Of a stretch of 64,000 nt of DNA, positions 47,188 through 56,393 are shown piece after piece. The position numbers and the translations under genes were made by a program. The notes under the pieces were generated by a model that did not search any database, was not told the DNA's origin, and saw only the letters and a program-made list of their open reading frames with translations. This stretch comes from an uncultured SAR86 cluster bacterium (GTDB lineage: Bacteria; Pseudomonadota; Gammaproteobacteria; Magnimaribacterales; Magnimaribacteraceae). The stretch is taken from NCBI GenBank assembly GCA_902532015.1, contig CACAGI010000001.1, forward strand, positions 57,639-121,638, read 5' to 3'. The stretch's first letter is position 1, and each line of letters begins with the position of its first letter.

Positions 47188-48126
47188 CTATGCAGTTAAG
47201 GAAACTAAGACTTCTCTATTTTTTTCACCTGAAAATGGCTTTCTCCCATGCATTATCCTGTAATTATCAATCAATAAGATGTCCTTATCCTTCCAATTCC
47301 TAAGAAGAGTTAATGACTGAGCTATGTCGGAAATCATTTGAAGATTTGAGTCGCAAATTTCTTCACCATTACCAAACCTGACTGGAGAGATATCATTATC
47401 TGAGTTTTTTTTCCATCCTAAAGAAGCTGCAAGAACTTGATTGAAGAATGATTTATTACCATCCTTAAGTTCTTTTATGGCTCTAAAAGTTCTTGTTGTA
47501 ACTGACAAGTTATCGCCTTCTATCCAATCCCAGGAATAGTCAAGGTTTTCTAGTTTTATCTCAGCTTCTTTTTTAGATTGCACTCCTAAAGTTTTTTGCC
47601 AACTTCTACCTTGACCAGAAACTAATTCATCTCCATTAGACATTAGAGAGTTATAAATGACCCCATGTTTTTCAAACTCATCCAATAGACCTTCATCTTC
47701 TTTAAGGATTTCTTTGTACAGATTATCCGAACGGCATAAAGGAGTTTGTCCACCTTTTAATGCAGCAGATTTACAAAAAAAGAATATATATTTTGGGTAA
47801 GTAGGCGTTTGAGCCATTTCATGATGAAGGAAAATTTCAATTTCCTTTGGTGCTTCATTGGCAGTGAATACTTTATTGGTTTTATTTATCCTTACCGCAT
47901 TTGAAAGAGATTCTTCATAAGTAAAAGTCTCATATTTAAAGGCAGATACAAAATTATCGAAGTCACCTTCTTCCTCCACGGGAAGATTGCTAAATAGAAG
48001 TGCTCCGCATTCTTCAAGTTGAGTTTCAAAAGAAAACTTATTGTTTCTAATCCAATTAAGTGTTGCTTCCAGAGTCGTTAAATCTGAGTCAGCTTGAATT
48101 TCATGTAAGAAATCTTTTTTATTCAT
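47188..48126 (-). CDS. TauD/TfdA (clavaminate-synthase-like) Fe(II)/2-oxoglutarate dioxygenase family protein
   Basis: I prefer the ATG at 48126 (MNKKDFLHEI...). LHHEMAQ (an HxE facial-triad-like motif) and the C-terminal DNYRIMHGRKPF resemble the CAS-like/TauD fold. Confidence 0.65.
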   Translation of the reverse strand: MNKKDFLHEIQADSDLTTLEATLNWIRNNKFSFETQLEECGALLFSNLPVEEEGDFDNFVSAFKYETFTYEESLSNAVRINKTNKVFTANEAPKEIEIFLHHEMAQTPTYPKYIFFFCKSAALKGGQTPLCRSDNLYKEILKEDEGLLDEFEKHGVIYNSLMSNGDELVSGQGRSWQKTLGVQSKKEAEIKLENLDYSWDWIEGDNLSVTTRTFRAIKELKDGNKSFFNQVLAASLGWKKNSDNDISPVRFGNGEEICDSNLQMISDIAQSLTLLRNWKDKDILLIDNYRIMHGRKPFSGEKNREVLVSLTA

Positions 48127-49093
48127 AAATTGGAAAGAAGGTATTAAAGGCATCTTCACAAAAAACACCCGGATCATTAAATCTCTTATTGATGTTTAAA
48201 GTAGAAATCTTATCTACGATAGTTTTATCTAACTCAATCTTTGAAGCATCTAAATTTTCTTTCATACGAGTCTTACTAGAACTTTTGACCACAATTGAAG
48301 TCCCTCTATTTAAAGCCCAGCCTAGAATTAATTGAGCTGGTGATATCTCAAGATCTTTAGACAATGATTTTATGGTTGGATTCATTAAGAGTGATTCATT
48401 TTCTTTAGCGCCACCTAGCTCCTCATAGGATATTGATCCTAAGGGTGAGAAAGCAGTTACCTCTAGACCATAGCTTTTTGCTAATCGTATAAGCTTTTCT
48501 TGAGTAAGGTTAGGGTGGGATTCAATTTGAAGTATTTCTGGTTTAATTCGGCAGTAGTTCATAAGATCATGAAGCAAACTAGAAGAGTAATTGCATATAC
48601 CTATATGCCTAGTTAAATCATCTTTTTTTAATGATTCCATTGCATGCCATGTATCTGATAGTGGAACTCTAGATGGAATCATTTTAGGTGCAATGCTTTC
48701 AGGGTCATTGAACCACTCAGGTGGATATCTTTTTTCAAAAGGTACAAACTCTAATGCAATGGGGAAATGAATCATATAAAGATCTAGATAATCCAACTGC
48801 AAATCTTGAAGTGTTTTCTCTACAGCAGGTTTAACGTGTTCAGGATGATGATAAGTATTCCATAATTTTGAAGTTATCCATAGATCTTCTCTTTTGCACA
48901 AACCATTTTCTAAAGCAGCTTTAATGCCATCACCTACTTCCCTTTCATTACCATAGTCTGAAGCTGAATCTAAGTGTCTATATCCCACCTCTATAGCATT
49001 ATAGACTGCCTCTGAACAAACATCTTTCGGTACTTTCCAAAGTCCAAAGCCTATTTGAGGCATATCCTTTATCGATTTGTATTTCATATTCAT
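48119..49093 (-). CDS. Aldo/keto reductase, xylose-reductase-like (AKR2-like)
   Basis: 324 aa. It has GFGLWKV, DSASDYGNEREVG, SKLWNTYH, IHFPIALEFVP.EKRYPP and a C-terminal RFNDP. The catalytic D/Y/K/H tetrad is present. Confidence 0.85.
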   Translation of the reverse strand: MNMKYKSIKDMPQIGFGLWKVPKDVCSEAVYNAIEVGYRHLDSASDYGNEREVGDGIKAALENGLCKREDLWITSKLWNTYHHPEHVKPAVEKTLQDLQLDYLDLYMIHFPIALEFVPFEKRYPPEWFNDPESIAPKMIPSRVPLSDTWHAMESLKKDDLTRHIGICNYSSSLLHDLMNYCRIKPEILQIESHPNLTQEKLIRLAKSYGLEVTAFSPLGSISYEELGGAKENESLLMNPTIKSLSKDLEISPAQLILGWALNRGTSIVVKSSSKTRMKENLDASKIELDKTIVDKISTLNINKRFNDPGVFCEDAFNTFFPIYE

Positions 49094-50154
49094 ATTTTTA
49101 AGAAGTCATTAAGCTTTATGGAATCTCCTGTTTTGATTGATTCTTGAGCTGCCAATCCTAGAACAATTGAATCAAACCCATTTTGGCAATCTACTAGTGG
49201 TTGATTTCCTTTTTTGATGCATTCTATTAATTCTAAATGCTCTATATAGCTCGCGCCATGATGAAATCCCACTTCTTTTACTCTTGAATCTTCTTTAATC
49301 TCTATAGTCCTATACGAATATTCTTTTCTGTTTGTTAACAAAAGTTCATTACCAGGAATATGTGTTTCTAATTTACCTCGGTCCCCTGTTAAAACTATCT
49401 CTTGTTCATACTTTCCCGCTTCTGCGAACATGCATAAGTCGAGCATGGCTCTTTCTCCATCTTCATAATCTATAAGCACGAAGGAATTATCAATTATATC
49501 TGGAGTTTTGCCATCATATCTTTCATCCAAATGGTTTACATCCTGGCCTCCAGAGGCATAAATTTTTATTGGCTTACTTGGTACCATAAGATTCATTAAA
49601 TCGAAGAAATGACAGCATTTTTCTACCAAGGTACCTCCTGTTTTTTCATTAAATCTATTCCAATTATCAACCTTTTCTAAAAATGGAAACCTATGCTCTC
49701 TTATAGATAACATTTTAATATTGCCAATTTCATTCACATGCTTAATTAAGGATTGTATAGGAGACATAAATCTATATTCGAGTCCAACCCAGACCACACC
49801 TTTATGTTTTTTGCTTTTTTCAAGTACTTCCATTGCATCTAACAAGTTTGTGCACATGGGTTTTTCAAGTAAAACATGTTTATCTGTTTTAAAAAGTTCT
49901 CTCATGATCTCTATATGAGTAAAATTAGGGCTAGCAACCACAACTACATCGATGTCTTCTTGCCTTAAAAGTTCTTTGTAGTCTTCATACAACCTAAGCT
50001 TGAATACATCCTCACAAGTATCTTCAGCCCATTTCCTAGATCTCTCATCAGGGTCTGCAATTGCTACTATTTTGACATCAGGTATTTTTTTTAGATTACG
50101 AATATGTTCGCAACCCATCATGCCGGTACCTATGATTCCATAATTTAATTTCAT
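49090..50154 (-). CDS. Gfo/Idh/MocA family NAD(P)-dependent oxidoreductase
   Basis: 354 aa. It has a Rossmann N-terminus (YGIIGTGMMG) and the LLEKPM motif. Confidence 0.8.
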   Translation of the reverse strand: MKLNYGIIGTGMMGCEHIRNLKKIPDVKIVAIADPDERSRKWAEDTCEDVFKLRLYEDYKELLRQEDIDVVVVASPNFTHIEIMRELFKTDKHVLLEKPMCTNLLDAMEVLEKSKKHKGVVWVGLEYRFMSPIQSLIKHVNEIGNIKMLSIREHRFPFLEKVDNWNRFNEKTGGTLVEKCCHFFDLMNLMVPSKPIKIYASGGQDVNHLDERYDGKTPDIIDNSFVLIDYEDGERAMLDLCMFAEAGKYEQEIVLTGDRGKLETHIPGNELLLTNRKEYSYRTIEIKEDSRVKEVGFHHGASYIEHLELIECIKKGNQPLVDCQNGFDSIVLGLAAQESIKTGDSIKLNDFLKI

Positions 50155-50169
50155 AAAACTAAGATTTAT

Positions 50170-51054
50170 CTAGTTCTTTTGCCTTAAGCCCTTACCAACT
50201 TTGATATTAGACCAAAGAATTTCATCATTCTCCGCACTGACGAATTCATACCTAGCAGTGTGATCAACAACAGTCATTCTTAAATATCCCGGAGTTTCAA
50301 TATTGAATTTTCCAGACTCAATATCACCTGGAGAGCCTCCGGGAAGAGCCCCTGTTGCACTTATAAGCTGGAGGGTCTCCTTATGATCACCTTCATCAGC
50401 TAAGACGTGATTGTGACCAGTTATATAAATATCAAAGGTTCCAAAAACATAGTTCTCTAAAAATATTGCTAATTGTGGATTTGCCCTATCTCTATCCCCA
50501 GAACTAAATAATGGGTGGTGCGCAACTGCTATAGAAAATCCACATTGGTCTTTTAGATTGTCAATTTCTTCTTTGAGCCATCTAATCTGACTACCTCTTT
50601 TATAAAAATAATATAACTTATCAAAAATAGTGGTATCTAGAGCAAAAAAGCATAACCCATCAAAAGTCTTGGTATAGAAATTGCTGGGGTGAAAAATAGA
50701 TGGATAATCTTTTGCAACTTGAAGATAGACACGTGGGTCACCTTTATAGTCATGATTACCGACTATTAAATAAAAAGGAATTCCTGTCTTTAGAAATGGT
50801 TTAAACGGTGTTAAGAAACTATCTTCCAGTTCTGGATCATCCATCGACTGAACTCCTAGTTGAGTTATGTCTCCAAGATGCCAAACCATTGAACAATCGG
50901 AATTAGCCAAGGCTTTTACTACCTTTGTTTGAGTAGGATTTACTTCACCAGCATCTCCAACGAAGCAAGATATAAGTTCTTCTGTTTCCCCTGACAAGAT
51001 ATGGTTTAGAGGCAAAAGAAATAAAGATAGAATTATGACTTTTAATAATCTCAT
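50170..51054 (-). CDS. Secreted metallophosphoesterase, purple-acid-phosphatase-like
   Basis: 294 aa with a signal peptide. The ordered motifs GDAG / LGDI / GNHDY / AHHP / GHNH match the calcineurin-like dinuclear metal site. Confidence 0.75.
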   Translation of the reverse strand: MRLLKVIILSLFLLPLNHILSGETEELISCFVGDAGEVNPTQTKVVKALANSDCSMVWHLGDITQLGVQSMDDPELEDSFLTPFKPFLKTGIPFYLIVGNHDYKGDPRVYLQVAKDYPSIFHPSNFYTKTFDGLCFFALDTTIFDKLYYFYKRGSQIRWLKEEIDNLKDQCGFSIAVAHHPLFSSGDRDRANPQLAIFLENYVFGTFDIYITGHNHVLADEGDHKETLQLISATGALPGGSPGDIESGKFNIETPGYLRMTVVDHTARYEFVSAENDEILWSNIKVGKGLRQKN

Positions 51055-51497
51055 AGTTTTATTCTTATATATCTTTTATCTAACTGTTTATCGTCGCTAT
51101 GCTCTATTTCAATAGTATAGTCTGGTTGTGGAAGAAGAGATTGAGCATTTTCTGGCCATTCAAATATACATATAGAATTCTCCTCTTCCAAGTACTCTCC
51201 TATACCTATTTCTGTTAATTCATGGGGTTCATTGATGCGATATAAATCAAAATGAAATACTTTTAAATTGTCTGTTTCATGAATTTCAACCAGATTATAA
51301 GTAGGACTTTTTACTAATTCGTTATACCCAAGGCCTCTCATCAAACCTTTTGTAAAGGTAGTTTTGCCTGCACCCAAATTACCTTCCAAAAAAATTACAA
51401 TCGACCTACTTAAACTTTTTTTTAATAAATCTTTTGAAAATGCTGAGCCAGCTTCTTCTGTTTGATTTTCATCTGAGGTTTGAATCTCTTTATTCAT
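51051..51497 (-). CDS. tsaE: tRNA threonylcarbamoyladenosine biosynthesis ATPase TsaE
   Basis: 148 aa. It has the Walker A motif GNLGAGKTTFTKG, SPTYNL and HFDLYR. Confidence 0.85.
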   Translation of the reverse strand: MNKEIQTSDENQTEEAGSAFSKDLLKKSLSRSIVIFLEGNLGAGKTTFTKGLMRGLGYNELVKSPTYNLVEIHETDNLKVFHFDLYRINEPHELTEIGIGEYLEEENSICIFEWPENAQSLLPQPDYTIEIEHSDDKQLDKRYIRIKL

Positions 51498-53004
51498 ATT
51501 TAAGTAATTGCCTCACTTCCTCTAGGACATCAGATGCAAGGAGTCCAACCTCACCTGTATCTAAACTTTTCAAGTCAGCTGCTTTTGCATGAATATCAAC
51601 TCCTAACTCAGCTGCTTCAATAAGACTTAGTCCTTGAGCTGAAAAACCAGCAATTATTCCTGTAAGAATATCCCCCATTCCTCCACTTGCCATTCCAGGG
51701 TTTCCGGCCTCGCATATTCCTATTTGCTGTTTACCTCCTTTACTGTAGCAGACCAAACTTCCAGAACCTTTTAATACAACAACACAATTAAATTTCTTTT
51801 GTAAAAGCGAAACAGCGTTAAATCTATCAGATTCTATTTCATCTATAGATTTACCAAGAAGTCTAGATGCCTCACCAGGATGCGGTGTCATAATGAGATT
51901 TTTTGGAAATTTTGTGGATAATTTTAGTGTAGTTAATAAATTTAAAGCATCAGCATCCATAACAACCGATATGTTCCTCTTATTTGCTTCCCAAAAAACT
52001 CTTTGGAGCATTTGTTCTGACCAAGCCGTCTGACCCAGCCCAGGTCCTATCGCAATGACATTAGGCTTTTCAAGATATTCTTCAAGGTCTTGTCCAGAAT
52101 CTACACCCACTGTCATAACTTCAGGGCAAGATAACAAGCTGGCCTCTAAGTGTTCTGGTCTTGTACCAAGCCCAATAAGGCCAGCTCCAGAAAATGCTGC
52201 TGCTTTAGCAGCAAGAATAGACGCCCCTCCATAACCTTTATTTCCCCCAACCACAAAAGCATGTCCAAATGCACCTTTGTGAGAATTTTCATCCCTTAAT
52301 ATTATTTTATGAAGATGATTTTCCATGTTGATTAGGTGAGAGTTGCACGAAACTTTTGAGAAGATTCTTTTAGGTATATCTAAATCAGAATAAAGAACTT
52401 CACCAGACAGAGCCTTTCCCTCGCTTGTGAAACAACCTCTCTTTTGAGCTACAAAAGTGCAAGTTATATCTGCAATAACACTAATTTCATTAGAAAAACC
52501 TGTATCTGAGTAAACTCCTGAGGGAATATCTAGAGATATTACGGGATGCTTATCTCCAAGTTTATTGAGAGATAAAATAGCATCTTTTATATTCTTTCGA
52601 AGGTCTCCTTTTAGTCCAGTACCTATAAGAGCATCTACTAAAACTGCTTTTCTAGAAATTCTTATTTTCGATAAAGAGCTGATGTTAATTATCTTTACCC
52701 CATTACTTTTTGCTTCATTAAATGCTTTCTTTGAAACCCCCTTAAGCTCTTTGGCTGGATTACACATAACAATGGTGCTTGATAGACCAAATTCTTTGGC
52801 GTAGCTAGCAAGCAAGAAACCATCACCAGAATTTTTTCCCTTTGCGCAAAAAACTAAGACTTCATCTACATTATTAAACTCACTTACTAATGTATCTAAT
52901 GCGAATTCAGCTGCTGATTGCATAAGAGAGAATCCCGTTTCTCCAGTTTCTCTTATTGCAAGCGCATCAATTTTTTTTGTCTCTATAGATGTGTATATCT
53001 TCAT
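51490..53004 (-). CDS. nnr: Bifunctional NAD(P)H-hydrate epimerase / ADP-dependent dehydratase
   Basis: 504 aa with a YjeF_N domain (GKNSGDGF) and a carbohydrate-kinase-like C-terminal domain (HKGAFGH..., GGMGDILTG). It lies upstream of tsaE, as in E. coli yjeF-yjeE. Confidence 0.88.
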   Translation of the reverse strand: MKIYTSIETKKIDALAIRETGETGFSLMQSAAEFALDTLVSEFNNVDEVLVFCAKGKNSGDGFLLASYAKEFGLSSTIVMCNPAKELKGVSKKAFNEAKSNGVKIINISSLSKIRISRKAVLVDALIGTGLKGDLRKNIKDAILSLNKLGDKHPVISLDIPSGVYSDTGFSNEISVIADITCTFVAQKRGCFTSEGKALSGEVLYSDLDIPKRIFSKVSCNSHLINMENHLHKIILRDENSHKGAFGHAFVVGGNKGYGGASILAAKAAAFSGAGLIGLGTRPEHLEASLLSCPEVMTVGVDSGQDLEEYLEKPNVIAIGPGLGQTAWSEQMLQRVFWEANKRNISVVMDADALNLLTTLKLSTKFPKNLIMTPHPGEASRLLGKSIDEIESDRFNAVSLLQKKFNCVVVLKGSGSLVCYSKGGKQQIGICEAGNPGMASGGMGDILTGIIAGFSAQGLSLIEAAELGVDIHAKAADLKSLDTGEVGLLASDVLEEVRQLLKYE

Positions 53005-53144
53005 TTACTTTGAATCAATCTAATAATTTTTAGAATTATAGCCCTAGGGCATCTCTAAAAACTAATTTAAAAGTCTGAACTTCCCTTCTGAGAAAGCAAG
53101 AGAGCATGTAAACTGCTCTATAGAAGAACAATTAAGGAAAGTTA

Positions 53145-54158
53145 ATGAGTGATATTGAAATAATACTTGAACCTCAGGACGAGTTTAACCATGAACCAGA
53201 TGAAGCTTCAAACTATAACGAAAGCATGTATTTCAATGTTTTTGATCATCAAAAGAAGATGGGCGGTTGGTTTAGGTTAGGTAACAGACCTAATGAAGGC
53301 TATGCAGAGATGACTTGCTGCATTTATCTTCCTGATGGAAGGATAGGTTTTATGTTCGGTAGACCAGAAATCTCAACAAATGAAGTCTTTGATGCTGGAG
53401 GAATGAAATTCGAAGTAATAGAACCCTTTAAGTCTCTGCGAGTTAATTACACGGGGAAGATTTTGCTTCTGGATAATCCAAAAGATATGTTAAACCCTGG
53501 AAAGGCTTTCAAAGAAAATCCAAGAGTAAAATGTGAGGCTGACATAAAGATTAGCGGAATTTCTCCGATGTTTGGTGGTCAGGCAGTAAGAAAGGACGGT
53601 AAGAGTTTAGAGAAAGATCCTGAAAAAAGTTTTTCGAAAGCTCATTACGAGCAACACACGTCCGGTAAAGGCACAATAAAAATAGATGGAGAAGAATGGA
53701 CTGTGGATGGTTTAGGTCTTAGAGATAAGAGTTGGGGTCCAAGATACTGGCAAGCAATAGAGTGGTATAGATGGTTAACCATCAATATAAATAAAGATAT
53801 AGGTTTTATGTTCAGCATAGTGCATCAAAGTGAAGACTCCGAAAGACGAGGTGGCATAGTTCTAAAAGATGGTAAATATGAATCTATTAGAGATTGTAAG
53901 ATTGAGACTAATTACGATGAAGATAATTTCCAAAAAACATTTACTGCTTGGGCCAGAACGGATGAAGATGAATATGAAGTACAAGGAAAAGTTTTATCCT
54001 TAATACCTTTAAGGAATAGAAGGAATACCCCGGATGGAGAAAATTTAGTTACTCGAATAACAGAGGGAATGACAGAGTACACTTATAAGGGCATAGTTGG
54101 ATATGGTATGTCGGAATATCTTGATCAAGTAATTGATGATAAACCCATCGGACCTTAA
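53145..54158 (+). CDS. Conserved-looking hypothetical protein, family not recognised
   Basis: 337 aa, soluble, no signal peptide. The N-terminal NYNESMYFNVFD...GGWFRLGNRPNEGY is faintly reminiscent of AttH/CrtC-type beta-rich proteins. It is the first gene of a tight 3-gene operon. Confidence 0.45.
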   Translation: MSDIEIILEPQDEFNHEPDEASNYNESMYFNVFDHQKKMGGWFRLGNRPNEGYAEMTCCIYLPDGRIGFMFGRPEISTNEVFDAGGMKFEVIEPFKSLRVNYTGKILLLDNPKDMLNPGKAFKENPRVKCEADIKISGISPMFGGQAVRKDGKSLEKDPEKSFSKAHYEQHTSGKGTIKIDGEEWTVDGLGLRDKSWGPRYWQAIEWYRWLTININKDIGFMFSIVHQSEDSERRGGIVLKDGKYESIRDCKIETNYDEDNFQKTFTAWARTDEDEYEVQGKVLSLIPLRNRRNTPDGENLVTRITEGMTEYTYKGIVGYGMSEYLDQVIDDKPIGP

Positions 54159-54161
54159 TGT

Positions 54162-55148
54162 ATGAAAATTAGTGCCGTTGATCAGTCGCCAATATTTTCA
54201 GACACGAATGCTAATCAAGCGTTAAAAGAGACAGCAGAACTAGCTAAGCACTGTGACTCTTTAGGGATGAAGAGATTTTGGGTTGCTGAACATCATGGAT
54301 CTTCTTCTTTTGCTGGTTGCTCTCCTGAAATCTTAATTCCTCATTTAGCATCAGAAACAGAAAACATTAGAATCGGATCGGGTGGAGTAATGTTGATGCA
54401 TTACAGTCCATATAAAGTAGCTGAGAATTTTAGGTTATTGGAATCTTTATTTCCCGACAGAATAGATCTTGGAGTGGGTAGGGCTCCTGGCAGTGATCCA
54501 TATCAAGCTGGAGCATTAGCTTATGGATCCAAGACAACTGGACCTGAGTTTTTTTCTACAAAGATGAATGACCTTAAATCTTTTTTAGAGGGAACTGCCT
54601 CCTCTACAAATTCTTTTGAGAACGTCAATGTAACTCCTGGTTTAGGTGAAATGCCTGAAGTTTGGTTATTGGTTTCGTCTCAACAAGGAGCTGAGTTTGC
54701 AGCGCAATTTGGATTACCAATGTCTTTAGCTTATTTTATTAATCAAGACTGTCTGGAGTTTGCTAAATATTATCGAGATAATTTTGTCCCTTCAGTTTTC
54801 TCAAGTGAACCAAGAATCAGTGTAGGTATATTTTCTATATGTGCTGAAACTGATACTGAAGCTGAAGAGCTAGCCTTAAGTGCTTCTATGTGGAGACAGA
54901 ACAGTCACAGAGGTTTGTTTGCTCCATTTCCTACTTTAGATGAAGCTAAGGGAGCGATAAAACTTAATCACGTCGATGATAAAGAAAATAGAACTTTCGT
55001 AGGAAGTCCTGAAACAGTTAAAGAAAAGTTGCAGCCTCTTTTAGATGAGGCTCAGCCAGAAGAATTAAAAATTATCACCATATGTGAACCATTTTTGGCC
55101 AGAAAAAAATCCTATGATTTAATACAGAATATCTTCAACACAAATTAA
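54162..55148 (+). CDS. Luciferase-like (LLM class) flavin-dependent oxidoreductase, YhbW/MsnO8-like
   Basis: 328 aa. It has FWVAEHHGSSSFAGCSPEILI, IRIGSGGVMLMHYSPYKVAE and DLGVGRAPG. Confidence 0.8.
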   Translation: MKISAVDQSPIFSDTNANQALKETAELAKHCDSLGMKRFWVAEHHGSSSFAGCSPEILIPHLASETENIRIGSGGVMLMHYSPYKVAENFRLLESLFPDRIDLGVGRAPGSDPYQAGALAYGSKTTGPEFFSTKMNDLKSFLEGTASSTNSFENVNVTPGLGEMPEVWLLVSSQQGAEFAAQFGLPMSLAYFINQDCLEFAKYYRDNFVPSVFSSEPRISVGIFSICAETDTEAEELALSASMWRQNSHRGLFAPFPTLDEAKGAIKLNHVDDKENRTFVGSPETVKEKLQPLLDEAQPEELKIITICEPFLARKKSYDLIQNIFNTN

Positions 55149-56393
55149 ATGGAATTAATAAACTCAAGATTACTCAGTAATGGTACCAAGTGGCATTTGA
55201 GTTGTTTGAGCATATTGTATTTATCACAAGGGCTATCGGCAGGGTTTCTTCTTGCCTTAACAACCTACCTGGCTACTAAAGGAGCTTCTTTAGTTGATAT
55301 TTCTTTACTACTCTCAATAACAATGTTGCCTTGGACCCTAAAAATATTTTTTGGTCCGGTTATAGATTCTTTAACTGTTAAAAGATTTGGTAGAAGAAGA
55401 TTTTGGATAATATCTAGTCAGATTATTATGATTCTAGTGTTGTTACCTTTAATTTTCATAGAGGTGACCGCAGTATCTTCTTTATTAATCGCAATCTTTA
55501 CAGTTCATAATCTATTTGTAGCTACTTGTGATATAGCGACAGACGCTTTGGCAGCTGATAGTTTAAAAGAATCTGACCTTGCAAAGGCAAATGGTTATAT
55601 GTGGGGTAGTAAGATAATTGGACGTGGTTCAGGGATGTTAATTTCATCCAGTTTGTTATTTGCGTATGGATTTAATGTAAGCATTTTATTTTTAATATGC
55701 TGCATGATATTGGTGTTTATCTTTCCTTTTGCGTCTTCAGAATTAGATCACAAAGAAGGTGCTGAAGACCATAAACAATATGAAAATGTCCTTGGAATAA
55801 AGTTTCTTCTTTCTGAAATTTCTCTAGGCTTATTAAACAAGACTGCTATTGCGGCTGTTGTATTCATGCTCTTCAGCAATATCGCCGTTGGTATTTTTGA
55901 TGTTACTTATAATAAGTTTTATCTAGAAGTCATTGGTATGACTGGAGAAGATATAGGCTCTATAAGACCAATTGGCATGTGGCTTGGTGGACTGATAGGA
56001 TTTTCTGTGGGTCTAGTATCGTTTTACCTAGGTAAGAGATTTCTTCTTGTAGGTTTTATTGCATCTCAACTTCTTCTGTTTATTTTCTTAAGCACTTTCA
56101 CCACAGAAACTTCTTATCAAATTGGATCCTTAGCTATCATTGGGTTGGATATCACGGAAGCCGGTATGAAGGTCGTAATTTTTGCTATCTTAATGGCACT
56201 TTGCACTACACAAACAAGCGCTACAAATTTTGGTATTTTTATGGGCTTTTCTAACTTATCTATTGTTATCGGAAACAGCATTGCTCCTCTTTTAGTGGAA
56301 CATCTCAGTTATGACTCTACTTACGTTTTTGCGGGTCTGTCTTTAATTCCTTGTATTGTTCTGGCTTTCTATTTAACTAAAGCGAAGAATTAA
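55149..56393 (+). CDS. MFS permease of the AmpG/PAT type
   Basis: 414 aa with about 12 hydrophobic segments. LPWTLKIFFGPVIDS....FGRRRFW parallels the AmpG loop motif. It starts immediately after the LLM stop. Confidence 0.7.
   Translation: MELINSRLLSNGTKWHLSCLSILYLSQGLSAGFLLALTTYLATKGASLVDISLLLSITMLPWTLKIFFGPVIDSLTVKRFGRRRFWIISSQIIMILVLLPLIFIEVTAVSSLLIAIFTVHNLFVATCDIATDALAADSLKESDLAKANGYMWGSKIIGRGSGMLISSSLLFAYGFNVSILFLICCMILVFIFPFASSELDHKEGAEDHKQYENVLGIKFLLSEISLGLLNKTAIAAVVFMLFSNIAVGIFDVTYNKFYLEVIGMTGEDIGSIRPIGMWLGGLIGFSVGLVSFYLGKRFLLVGFIASQLLLFIFLSTFTTETSYQIGSLAIIGLDITEAGMKVVIFAILMALCTTQTSATNFGIFMGFSNLSIVIGNSIAPLLVEHLSYDSTYVFAGLSLIPCIVLAFYLTKAKN

Noticed and set aside
53070-53130. The short inverted repeat AGAGCA-tgtaaac-TGCTCT upstream of the unknown-protein/LLM/MFS operon, as an operator.
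   Set aside because: The arms are only 6 bp and no adjacent regulator gene is present, so it cannot be distinguished from chance without comparative data.
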